Source: the human T2T-CHM13v2.0 reference genome, Homo sapiens
Assembly (NCBI RefSeq): GCF_009914755.1
Contig: NC_060931.1
Length of the DNA: 64,000 nucleotides
Strand: one strand, 5' to 3'
Part shown: piece after piece, positions 28,600 through 41,795 of the stretch
Layout of the letters: each line of letters begins with the position of its first letter
Numbering within the stretch: position 1 is the stretch's first letter
Notes under the pieces: model-generated
The model's input: the letters and a program-made list of their open reading frames with translations, nothing else
Database searches by the model: none
What the model was told of the DNA's origin: nothing
Position numbers and translations under genes: made by a program

Positions 28600-28925
28600 T
28601 ATTTTTAAATTGATTTAGTTCTTGAGTCTCATATTTCCCATTTATTACCGTCTTCTTAGCTCAACTATCATTTTCTCAGAGAACTTTCTGCATTGCTAAT
28701 TAGGTCATATTCCTTTATTATACCAACTAGGTGACATGTAGACATTTCTTCCACAAAGTCATGGCCAGCAGATTGTTTGACTAATGTTTACTCCCCACAC
28801 AAGACTGCAAACTCCATGAGGGCAAGGGCCATATCAGCTGTGACTCACCACTCTATCCTCATTGTCCAGCACTGTTCCTTCATATGGCAGACACTCCATA
28901 AACATTTTTGGAATGACTGAATGGT
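28600..28925 (+). mobile_element. L2 3' end
   Basis: agactgcaaactccatgagggcaaggg...actccataaacatttttggaatgactgaatg. Confidence 0.75.
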
Positions 28926-29533
28926 CTTTTCCTAGTTTGTCATTAGGAACAATTGTAATAAAACTATAATAAAGGAAGTAAATATTTTGCAAAAATTATA
29001 CAACATATATCAAAAATGTTAAAAAGTCTTGGATAGCCTTTGGATTTTTGATAAAGGTAGTATATTTAGATCAAGAGTATTCAAATAATTTTAGCAGCAG
29101 AATATTACCCTGAATTTTAACTTAATGTGAATGATGAAAACATTAAGGAAGCATGGAGCAGCTGCTGTGAAAACAGGCTTGGAGGTTCAGGAATCTAGTG
29201 CACCTTAAGCCCCTTTATGCCGAAAAGGGACTTCCAGGGCTCTTCAACCACCGCTGAAAATGGCTTCAATCTCACAGCATCACAAGGACCTTTCAGTCAA
29301 AATGGAACAGAATATATTATATGTCTAAAGATCTCAAAATGCTACCAGATTTCTAACTCTCACTAATATGCTAAAAAAAAAAAAACACAAAACTGTCTGA
29401 TATTGACAGTTGGAATCTCTGAGGAGACCAAGTAATTCAGTATCTCTTTTCTTTGCCCGAGTTCTGAACAAATTGACTTAAAAGAGTAGACAGAGTACAA
29501 AACATCACCTTTAATACTGGTAAAGATAATACT

Positions 29534-29536
<3 letters not shown>

Positions 29537-29604
<68 letters not shown>
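29537..29604. repeat. Compound microsatellite (GA)19(GT)15
   Basis: Read directly from the sequence. Confidence 0.98.
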
Positions 29605-29606
<2 letters not shown>

Positions 29607-30061
29607 CCTGCAAGTGGTGGGCTTCCTTATGAGGTTCAGTATTATTATGACACGTATTTTCCCCAGCCCAGTCACAGATAGTGCTAAGAGGACAGGCTGT
29701 TCCATGAGAAGATCTTGCCCATGACAGGCTTGTGCAGAATGAACAGAGAACATTCATTACGGTAATGAATATCCCTTACATGGAAGCAAGTATTGGGAAT
29801 GGAGAATAAATGTTTCCCCCAAAACAGAGAGAGAAGGGTGAAAATAATGAGAGAGACAGACAAACAGAGAAAGAGAGAGAACCTAAATGATTCTCTAAAT
29901 GGCTAAGTGCCAGGTATAAGATTTACTTTTCTCATTTGTAAAACAAGAATAGCAATATTAGCTCCCTTGCTATAATAGATGGGGTCATTACAAAAATCTG
30001 CTGCAATGATGTATGAAAGGGGCCTTTGTAACTATAAAACACAATGTAGATGAAGGCATTA

Positions 30062-30098
30062 GTGGTGGTGGTGGTGGTGGTGGTGGTGGTGGTGGTGG
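30062..30098. repeat. (GGT)~12 trinucleotide repeat
   Basis: Read directly from the sequence. Confidence 0.97.
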
Positions 30099-33000
30099 TA
30101 AGCAGAACAGAAAATATTTCAACTTAACTTGCTTGAAGGACTCTTTGGGGTGTGAGGATGGTAATAAACTTTTCAGCTTTGTCCCATTTAAGGAAAAAAG
30201 CTTTCCAAGAATGGGGCAAGAATGTAAGTATATCTTTTTCTAAAATGAAGAATACCTACAATGTCACACATTACAACAACAAAAACTAGCTCTTCTTATT
30301 CATTAGATAAAAGCAATGTTTCTAAAGAGTACCTGTATTATGTTGCAAGCTACAGAATTTCTTAAGTTCTTAAGAAATTGCTACTTATCAACCAACTAAC
30401 AAATTCTAGACTACTACAAAAATTATAACGTTCAGCTTCTCTCTCATGTATCTTTATTTAGGGGAGAATGAATAACTAAGTAAAGCCAGTAGTAATAAAG
30501 AATCCATGGGCAGTAAGGATGGACTACATAGGACTAGATTTATATAATGTTTCTTTTCCTTTTTAACTTAAAGCTTAAGAATTCCATTTATTTATTTGCT
30601 GACAAAACTATATTCACAGTGCTTCTGCTTATGAATGTAGGACACATAAAAATGAAACCAAGATAGTAGGAAAAATAGCTTTTGACATTTACACAACATA
30701 TTCCAAATTTCAAGTTTTGGATATTTTTTGTTAAAACTGACCTTGTGATATCTTTGATTATTCATAAACTACTAAACATTAAAGTTTTTCTATATTAATT
30801 TGATACTTTCTTGACAAGTTTGATATGTCCAAAATGAACTACCACTTCACTTCCTTTTAACCTTTTCTTTTTACATTTTTGAAAAAGAAAATGTGTTGAA
30901 AATTACTTAATTCTACTTAAATAAGTGCCACTTTTATTATTAATACCAAGTTTTGTACTTTAAGACAATTATTTTCTATTTGGGGGAATGTTTGCGCCAT
31001 CTACTGGACATATACATATTATTACTTTTGTCCTACAAGAATTACAATGCCATGTCCAAAGGTACTTGTGAAGTTGTTCCTTATAAACCACTCCGAAACA
31101 AAATCTATTCCTTTTCTTTCTTTTTTCTTACGGCACATTTCAGCACAGGAAATCAGTACCTTCCCACCCCAAAAAAGCAACACTAAGATATATTAGTTCA
31201 AATAACTAAATATTTCTATTTTAATGGAATCATTTCACAGACTCATACATTCATAGGCATACAAATGAAAGAGGCATAAAAACACATTTGGAGTAAAAGA
31301 AATAAGTAAGGCATTTATTTCACTGAAAAAAGTATACCCATCCCTAATTTTACAACTATTATAAGCAGAAATCCTTCTCCTATTACACATAAAACTAGGG
31401 ATAAAGACTAGAAATCTGTTACATGAACTTGTAGAGGAACAATACTAATTAATAGAAAAGAATAAAAGAGTTAAAGCCAGTCTGGTGGTGTCTCTGGATT
31501 TTTCTTAATGAGTAACAACCATTAAATGGAATGGGAGGAAAATCAGCCTTTGGAAGAAAATGACTTTTAAATATATTTTTCCTCCCTGTCTTTTGGATGG
31601 CACCATCTAAACAGCAGAATTGAAAAGAAACATAAGATTTATTCAGCTTCAATTAAGAAGGTATGTTATTTTTCCACAGGAAAATAAAATGTGGATCCCG
31701 CTTGAAGATCCACGCCAAAATTACATTCCTGGGTATGAGGTTTGATTCAATTGCTGGCACATTTATATCTGCTTTTCAGGGAGATACATAAATAATTGGA
31801 AAGTTAACAAGAATTGCACTATAATGTTAATAGATTAGAATCCAAATAATTCTTTAACTCTTCAGAGGTTTTTATTTTTTATTTCCTTCCTTTGATCTAC
31901 AATTAGAAAACTGGCATGAAAAACTTACTTTAGACTCTATAAGACATATTTTGGAATTAGTGCTATTTGACTCACTTAATATTTACTTTGGGCAGTTTAG
32001 AACAGAAGATATCCTCATACTTAATACAAAAATAATGCAGAAGATATTATAAAAGGTAAAGATAAATTACCATGGTAGTTCCTACAAGACAGACTTTCAG
32101 ACAGATGAACACAGGTGAGTAAATGATCCTTAGTAATCTAAAAATAAAATATATTTGTGAACTCTAAAAAGCACAAAATTCTAACAAATTTCAATATAGT
32201 TTTCAACAATAAGCTTTGAAATAAGAAAAGGTTTCCACTTAGGCTTAAGTTAGCTTTTTTTTTTTTTTTTCCCACTAGCTTTCAAGTTAATTAAGCTTCA
32301 CTCTATCTGAAAGTAAAAACAAATTTTAAAAAGTGAGTAAAATGAGACTATGTTACATTAGGAAATATTCTATGCCATAGTATACTCTACTAATGTTGTT
32401 AAAATAACTATCCCCACTGCATTTTATCACCATCATTTTCCTTATAACAACTTACCTTTCAAAAGATAAATTTTCTATATTCTAAGTATTGTGCTTTATG
32501 CTTTACATATCTCAGTTAATATAACAATCTTATAAGGTTTCAATTATCACTACAGACAACAGTAAGTTATAACCAACTTCTGATACTTTTAATACTACAA
32601 AAGACTGTGCTAAAAACTACACATAACTATTAATACACAATATTCATTAAATATTTATACTTTCTGACTTTGCTACAAGATTCACTTTAGCATTCTATTT
32701 AATTTTGAAGCAATGGCTTCCAGCTACCATATATATAAAATTGTCTTCAAGTAAGCTTTTTACCTCTTTTATACGGAGGAGATGGTCTTGATCTCAGAAC
32801 AACAGGATCAAGACCATTCCTTGTATTCTGGGGAGAGGGACCTCCTGTGCTAGATGCTGGATTGATTGTGAATGGGAAAGTGTTCACATGTATAGAATGC
32901 CATCCCTGGTGGGCGTAAGATAGGAATCTTCACTGAGAAAAAACCAACAACAACTAAGAGTTAAGTAGTAGGGAAGCCTCACTGAGGTGCCATTTAAAGT

Positions 33001-33689
33001 CAGCAATCTTGAGAGAGTACAGTGTCACACTGCAGTAGAGAAACAGCTCAGAATCCATCAGTGACAGCAAGCTGTACTGGTAGTTTATTATATTCTTTGT
33101 GATTACTTTCTCATTTGTTGTCCTTTAGCATAAAGACTTTCAGAAGTTCTACACTGCTTTAACTGCAGAGAGCGTCAAAGAAAAGAGTGTCCACAATGGA
33201 AGAGAAAGAAGAAGAGGTGAAGTTAGGGTATGTCTGAGGTCAAGCACAGTATTGTGGAAAGGATGTGAGAATCCCCCCAGGAGGGGAACCCTCAGAATTC
33301 AAGTTCCAGCCTCACAGTCTAGTCATCTACACCTGCAAGATTCTCCTTCCTAAAACCAGAGGTTTGAAGTTCTTCTCTTAAGGGCAACAGTATTCTCTTT
33401 TAGTTGTTCCCACTAACTCTTAAGAATGGGGCAACAAAATTACCTACTTATTAAAAAGAGAATGAGTAGAGTCCCTATACTAATATACTTACAGATAAGA
33501 ATTCTAAGAATTCTAAAACTGGTCTCAGTTGAGTCTCAATCAGTTTTTTCTAATTGTAAATGGAGATAACGATTGGTTTCCTAATTGCTTCAAAGAATTA
33601 TCCAGAGGATCAAATGACCCAATATATGTATTATCCCTTGTAATAAGTATAAAGATACTACAGAGATGTTTTAAAAAATACTGTTAGCA

Positions 33690-34017
<328 letters not shown>

Positions 34018-34382
34018 TTAGCATTATCTTGACATCTAGGCTATGCCCCGACATTGCAAAAAGTTAGATTTGGGAAATTCTATCAATTGGCTGATTTTTC
34101 TACATAATACAACAAATGATTTATCTCAAATTGTTCCTTTTTGAGGAGGAGATAAAAATGACCATTCAACTAACTACTCTGACTTATATGGACACAGTTG
34201 CACAATCACGGGCAAAAAAATTACCTTAAGTCTTCAGGCTCATCTATTTATCTATTGCTAATGTAGGTAACTTTCCTAAGAAACACATTTTCTACAATAT
34301 TCCAAACATATTAATAAGCTAATTGATAACTTAATTTTTAAAGAGTTGGAAATAAAGTATTTCAAATTGCACATATTCTAAT

Positions 34383-34616
34383 TCAGGGGTTTTCAAATGT
34401 TAATAAGCAACAAAAATCTTACATGGACAGCTTGTGAATATACACACTGCCGCACTCCGACCTCTCCCCACCCCCACCCCCCTACCCCGCCAACCCCACA
34501 ACCTCCCAGAGTTCCAGATCGACAGATCAGGCCTGAGAATTTGCATGTTCAAGTTCTCAGGTGATGCTGATGCTGCTGGCCTGGTATCCAGTATCCACAC
34601 TTTTGAGAACTGCTGT
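34383..34616. mobile_element. MER5A-like hAT MITE
   Basis: ggcctgagaatttgcatgtt...caggtgatgctgatgctgctgg...cacacttttgagaactgctg. Confidence 0.75.
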
Positions 34617-37124
34617 TTTAATCTGTACCTATTCTGAAACTTAAAAAAATGAAAAGAATAAAAGCCAACCATCTCTGTATATTTAAAAGGTATTTTATCT
34701 AAAAGTATACAGTTATATTTCCCGAGAGTACGATAAACAATTTTAATGGAAATAAACCAAAATAACATTTTTCTTGTTTGCTTTTTAAATTTGATCATAG
34801 TGCCCCCAAGTGGATAAAAACATTACTTACAAAAAAGGAACACTAAACATTTCTCACTGGGATAGGGTTATGCGAATTTATCTTTTTATTTGTCAGAATG
34901 CCCAACCTAGTGCTTTGCCCATAACATACTCAGTAACAGGGTTAATACATAAATGCTCCGCACCCCCACCCCCATTTTTAGAAAGGCCTATCACTCTTGC
35001 CCTCTAGAGATGTGGGGCTAAGTAACCCTCAAATCTCTTTTAGCTCTTAAATTCCTACATATCTAATATGTAGGATACTGGCAGTTGTCTATTTGTGCCA
35101 GATGCTAGAGAAATTCCTTGAAAGAAAATCAATTTTTCTTTCTAGATAAAACCAATAATATCTTTATTAATATGTAGAAATTATTAATATAAAGCAGTAG
35201 TTAAAAAAATAGCCTGGAGCTTAAAGGCTTGATAACGACAAATCTCTTTAACAATTAATAATTGTCTTACCTGAATGTATGTAACTCTCTACCTAGCTCC
35301 CTGCCACCAGCTAGCATTTTTATATCCATTTCTTTATCATTCTTTTAATTTCAGAAAATACTCTTCTATTTTAAATGTACACCCATGGTCTTAAATTTTT
35401 GTAACCACTCAAATCAACAAACTCACACTGCTTAACGGAAGGACAGAAATTCAAAGAATAGAAGCACACCTTTTGGTGGCACCAATATAATGGGGCTAAT
35501 GAATGCATTTACCTCTTTGTGTTTCCCTTAGCTTCCTTAAGCACATGTATTTCTCATATGAAATATCCAGAAGTCTCATGTTATTTTATGCCAATTAACA
35601 AATTGCTAACATGTCATGTTAATAAAAAAAGCAATTGACCTAAGTAGAAGAGCTAATTACATGGAGTAAGATAATTAAACGATTCTCAATATGTAATCAA
35701 AAATTATGGCTGGAAGTGTTTCACAATGTTGTCTTTTTGTTTTCAAGTATCTGCCTATCTGCAAAATTCTAATCAGTGTATCCATATGCATAAAAGACAG
35801 ATCCAGTGCAGATGTTAATTTGTTGCATGATAGAAATCAGGTGTTCAATTACAAATAATGGGGTGTATGAGAGAACGTCCAAGATTTCCATTTAGCCGAA
35901 CGCATGCATCTCTGCTGGCAAATGATTGCAAAGCATTCATATTGGAATTAGCTACTAACATGCACCCAAGGCACATCACATTCAACTCCTTTATTATCCT
36001 CATTATATAATATTCACATCTCCAGCTCTGTGTATTACCTAATTTGCCAATGATTTAGGAGTCTGAACATTTGCTGATCTGAATTCTATTTATTGCACCT
36101 GAATTCTTTTAAAAGCGTGATTCTGATTTTTATCTAAACTCTAGACAACTTTAATATGAGGGATTTTGTTTCCTAATCTTACATTTAAACAATCAAAATC
36201 ATTTGCTTTTGTAGTAAGGTAAATTCCTTGAACTGATATGATCAGTTCAAAATAGGCTAAGCTTTTAACATATCAAGACTATTTCAACAATGCCTCCCAA
36301 CATAGTCTCTAAGTGATATTTCAGCAAAGTAACTACACAGAGGAGAGCAAATATATTTACTAGGCTGAAAGATATTATGCAGATTTGTTTTTCATATAAT
36401 TCACTACAAAGTCACAGGCTTAAGGCATAGTTATAAATTGAGATATTCACCATGCCAAACTTACAAACTGATACAATTCTGAGATGAGAAATAAATGTCA
36501 AACTGATGATGAATTTTATGTCCTAACTCAAGACCCTAATATTTAGAGTTTGTAAATTATTGAGTAAATATAGGCCAGGCCTCAGATAGCCACAGAAGAG
36601 ATAATTGATTTGATGGCAGATTAACAGTAATGTACATCAATGGAAATGTCATTATTTTTAATAAATGACATGAAGAAAGATTTAAACAGGAAAAAAGTGC
36701 ATTTTTAATTCCTTTCATTCTCTTATTTCAATGAAATCAATTTCAAAATATGTGAATATCCAAGGTTCCTTAGCCACTAAGAAAAGAAGCAAATACAGTT
36801 TCTGAGTATGTGGCAATTAGCAGAACCTCTAAATTATTCAAAAGTAGTAATGGGGAGGGATGTTTCTATAAACCAAAAAATAAAAAATGGTGACTCATGG
36901 ACCAAATCTGGCTTGCCAATGTGCTTTGAAAGCTGAGCATTTAAAAATATATTTTGAAATCCCTTTTGCAGGACATGTTCTCCTGATTTCTATAATCCTG
37001 ATACTTCCAGTCCTCATGACTTTTAACCTAATCACTTTACACAAGTATTTGAGTTGCCTGGCCTCTGGTGGTACTTGAGTATCGTGAACTGACAGTGATC
37101 ACTTAAAGAGAAAAGTATTTTGTA

Positions 37125-37330
37125 TTAGTAGGTGGTGTTGCCTAGCAGTTTAGAGAATAAGCTCTGGAATCAGACAAGTGAGTTCAAATCATGGTCACTT
37201 ATTAGCTATATGGCTTTGGGCAAATTTCTTAACCTCCTTATGACTCAGTGATCTTGTTTGTAAGTTGGTATCATCATACCTATCACATAGTGTTGTAAGA
37301 ACTAAATAAGAATATTATTTAATGTGATAG
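37125..37330 (+). mobile_element. MIR
   Basis: gctctggaatcagac...gagttcaaatc...ttattagctatatggctttgggcaaatttcttaacctc. Confidence 0.8.
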
Positions 37331-38865
37331 ATTCTTCAAATGTATTTAATCTACTATATCTGGATGTCAGAGATGTAAGAAGTCATATGTTTGGATCAGC
37401 TTGCTAATTAGAGTAGTAGCTGAGTACTCTAAAAAGGTAATAGTATACCAGATAATAAATATGTTTTATTTTTATAAAGTCTGTTAAAGAACCTTTCCAG
37501 TATGTTCACAAGACTTTTACAAAACAGGCATAATTACCAGAATTATCCTATTGATATTGACCACACATTCCTGTAAGAACTAGTAGAGAATATTGCTGTA
37601 TCATTGATGAAAACAAATATATATTTGGATTTTTGATAATAACTCATGCAAATAGATCTTGTTTTAAAGCCTAATGGCAAGAGTTGTAGATTGATGGGAT
37701 GATATACTGAGCCCCACATCAGTGAAAGTGACTTGTGTCTCTTGGGACCTTTTAAAACTTTTACAAAAATTCCACTGCGAGTCTTACTCTCACGTTTTCC
37801 AATAATACTTTATCAAGCATTTGATAAAGTGAGGATAAAGAAGGATAACAAGACCTTAGAGGAAACCCTAGACTATTAGCACCATATCTACCCAACTGAA
37901 CTAAGTGGCTGCTGTGAGGCAGTCCTAAACTATCTCCCTACTGGGAAGAGAGACAGAACCTGTAGCATGACAAGGCATCCTTATACAAATTGCCTTTTGT
38001 AATTGGGTTTCTCCAAACCTAAATTTTATAATGTAAATTTATCTCCACAGAATAAAGCAAAACAAAACAATATTAGACAAATGATATCCTTTTGCTTTTA
38101 AGAAAAATGAATAGTTGTAGAATAGTTATAAATTATAGTTACTGAATAATGAACAGACTAGAAAAATAGAAGTATTTAAGATTATTTATTAGGGACCTGT
38201 TAATTGCAAAACAGTGTGTTAGGAATTAAAATGAGGAATTAAAGATGAAAATGACACAGATCATTGCCACAGGACACTTAACGAGTAAGAGAGCTAAGAA
38301 AGATACCTTCAGATATAATTAAAAATATATAGTAGAAAGTGCTATAGGATTCTGAAGATGAAAATCTGTTTTGTATCAATTGGGCCCATAAAAGATCAAG
38401 GTTACTTCCTACTTTGAGTAGAAATCACATCTGTGAGGATCAATAAGATGAAAAAGTACCCAATCCATTGCATTTCTAAACTAGAAGCTTAATGCTTAAT
38501 GCATGGAGAAAAAATAAGCACACAAACAGGCGAGAGACCATTTACTGATGAGGGTCAGTAACTGGAGTCTGAAATTTCTACACAGGTGGGTCTTATGGAA
38601 AACAATCTTTTTATATGAATGGGATGTCAAGGGGAAAAGAGGGACCTAAAGGATTCTTTTAGCAGTTGAGTTTGCACAGCGCTTTCAGATTCAGAAAACC
38701 TCAACTCTCACATCAGAGGTCTGAAAGGGTGCTAATGAAGATTAAGGGACAGGGGGCCTAAGCTCTCAAGCTACCTTGGTCAGACTTGGTCACCACTGGT
38801 CAAAATAATTCATTGATGATAGTAATGAAATGCCTGATGAATGAGATTAAGGGAAGCTGATATCT

Positions 38866-39120
38866 GAAAATACCACATGTTTTCACTTATAAGCGGGAGA
38901 TAAATGATGAGAACACATGGGCACATAGAGGAGAAGACCACATACTGAGACTTTTTTGAGGGTGGAGGATGGGAGGAGGGAAGAAGATCAGGAAAAATAA
39001 CTATTTACTAGGCTTAATATCTAGATGATAAAATAATCTGTATAACAAACCTCCATGACAAAAGTTTACCTATGTAACAAACCTACACTTGTACTCCAAT
39101 CTTAAAAGTGAAAAAAAAAA
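38866..39120 (+). mobile_element. L1PA15/16-like 3' end with A tail
   Basis: aaataccacatgttttcacttataagcgggag...gatcaggaaaaataact...gtttacctatgtaacaaacc followed by poly-A. Confidence 0.88.
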
Positions 39121-39299
39121 GACTTTCAAGAAGCATGTATACAACTATTTATCAAAGAAGTATATTTACAACTATTTGTCCTAGGTTGTTTAGATAAGTA
39201 TCTATGAATGGTAATACAAGCAAAAAAAAAACAAACAAACAAAAAACAAAAGATTATGCTCCAGAGAATACAGAAGCACTACATAACAGAGGAAAAATT

Positions 39300-41040
39300 C
39301 TAAAAGAAAATTATAAAGTGTAATGCTATGATGAAGAAGATTCTTTCTTATGCTAATAGAGAATGAAATTAAAGATAAAACTAGGTGAAAATTTTACACA
39401 AAAACTCAACATAAGCAGAAAAAAAGCTCTTTTGAGGTGAAACAACTGCAAAAGAATTAGAAAAAAAACTTTTCCTTGAGTAATAAAATAAAACAAATAA
39501 AAACAAAAACAAAAATTTCATATTAAAAACTCAAGGCTATTGGGATATAAGAAATACTGGGAAAAATAAGCTGAATTATTCAACTCAAGGATTTGGAAAA
39601 AACACAACCCAACAATCCTAGGGAAATAGAAGAAAGGAAATAATGAAGATTTGGGAGGAAATTAATGGAACTAAGATTTTTTAAGAGAGACGAAATTAAT
39701 ACAAATGTATTAGTCCTTTGAAAAGATTAGTATTGCAGACAAACTTCTGCAGGAATAACAGAAATTAAACAGAATATTTGAAGTGAGAAAAATGAAATAA
39801 AAAATAATTTTAAAAAAGGATAAAAACGCAAGAGAAGATTTTAAATAATATTAATAGCTAAATCTAATAATAATCTGGAAAAAAATACTTTCCAAAGGAA
39901 AAACTAACATAAAATGCAAAAATTTAAACCGATCAACAATTACTAAAAAACTTGAAATGGCCACCAAAGGTATTCAAAAATACCTTCCCTTACCTCCAAC
40001 CGAAGTTTCCAATCCAGATATTATTGAAAATACATTTCTAACAAACTCCCAATGACTGAAAAATCCCACTTATACAAAAGTTTCAGTAAAAAAAAAAGAG
40101 AAACAAAGTGAAAAAGAGAATGCAAAAAAATTACTGTCCAACTGATTTAATGAGGTTAATATACCTTTGATTCCTAGACTGAAAATCACTTCAGAACAGT
40201 GAAGAAAAAAATTATAGACCAATTTAACTTATAAGCAGAGATGTGAAATTTGGCAGTGGAGGTGAATATAAACACACAAGGAGAAGCTTAATTAGGTTTT
40301 TTGTTTTTTTTTTTTAAAAACACAAGGAGAAGCTTAATTAGTTTAAAAAAAAAAAAAAGAACATTTACCTTAACTCATTAGCAGTCAGATAAATTGAAGG
40401 GTATTATTTAAATTTTATTTAATTTTAAAAAATTTTCGTAACATTTAAATAAAAATATTGTTTTCCATGAATGTAAGGATGTTTTAACACAAAAAAACTC
40501 CACCAATATAAATTACTATATTGATAGTTCAAGGAGAAAAATATCATTGCTTCCCCTTACCAGAAAAGCAAAAATTAGAAAGGCCAGTAAAACCAATTTT
40601 GGGTAAGGAGATAGAAAGTACACTGTAAGTAGGAACAGATAATCTGGAAAGCAATCTTGAAATACTTAGTGAAATTAAGTATCTGTATGCCTCATTCCTG
40701 ATTATACATAGTGGAGAAATTCTTGCACAGGACTGTGAGTGGACATGATCAAGGACAACTACTGGAACACTATTTATAACGATGGGAGTTGGAGACAATT
40801 CAGGTGTTTATCATTAGAGGATCAAATAGGTAAAATGTAGTAGACACTGTGGTATGCCAGGTAGTACAAGAAGCAGTGACCTAAAAGAATATATAACAAT
40901 GAATGTAGGTCTTAAATACTGGATGTTTAATGAAAAAAATTAAATATCTATAGCACAAAACATCAATATTTAACACACACACATACTACACATTTTACAA
41001 GGATACACAACATCCATGGCTATATTAACCAATACAAAGT
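39300..41040 (+). mobile_element. Highly decayed L1M (ORF2 to 3') region
   Basis: A-rich sequence with L1 ORF2 remnants (ggaaataatgaagat, ctttgaaaagatt, attatagaccaatttaacttataagcagagatg). Boundaries are approximate. Confidence 0.6.
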
Positions 41041-41046
41041 GGATAC

Positions 41047-41400
41047 TGCTATGGTTTGAATGTGTCTCCCAAAGTTCATGTGTCAGACACTTAAAACCTA
41101 ATGCAACAGTGTTGAGAAGTGGGACCTTTAAGATCACAAAGGACTCTGCCCTCACAAATGGATTAACACCATTATTATGGCAGTGAGATCCTGATGAAAT
41201 GATGAATTCAGCCCCCCTCTCTCTTTGACCCATGTGACGCCTTTCACCATATTTTAATACAGCAAAAATGCCTTCACCAGATGCTGGCCCCTTAATCTTG
41301 GACTTTCCAGCTTCTAAAACTGAGCTAAATAAATTTCTGTTCATTATAAACGACCCAGTCTGTGGTATTCCATTAGAGCAACACAAAATGGACTAAGACA
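41047..41400 (+). mobile_element. MaLR solo LTR (MST family, MSTD-like) with 5-bp TSD
   Basis: TG...CA termini (tgctatggtttgaatgtg ... ggactaagaca) and an exact TSD GATAC at 41042-41046 and 41401-41405. Confidence 0.92.
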
Positions 41401-41664
41401 GATACCTATGTGGGCAGGAGCGAAATAAGAGATGGGATCAGAAATGAAATATTTAAGTAAAACAAAAGAGGGGCTGGTGATGGTGAGTCATTAAAAGAGA
41501 AATAACAGTATTCAATGCTCTGTGCTCCAAATCCTAAGGAAAACAAAAAGGCAATCAAGGTGAATCCATCAACAGCCTTTGTAACCAATGTAATTGTGTA
41601 CCAGTCATAAAGGGAAAAAAATGAGTATTTAGAATGTTGTAAATTTAAATGTAAATCTTATAAC

Positions 41665-41795
41665 TCTGCCTGTCTGTCCCTCTCTCTCTGTCTCTCTCTC
41701 CCTGTCTGTTTCTCTCTGTCTCTGTCTCTCTCTTTCTGTTTCTCTCCATCTCTCTTTGTCCATCTCTGTCTTTCTGTCTCTCTCTTTCTTTCTTT
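41665..41795. repeat. Degenerate (TC)/(TCTG)n pyrimidine-rich tract
   Basis: Read directly from the sequence. Confidence 0.9.

Noticed and set aside
30013-30243. Poly-Gly ORF
   Set aside because: Produced by the (GGT)n microsatellite; no splice or homology support.
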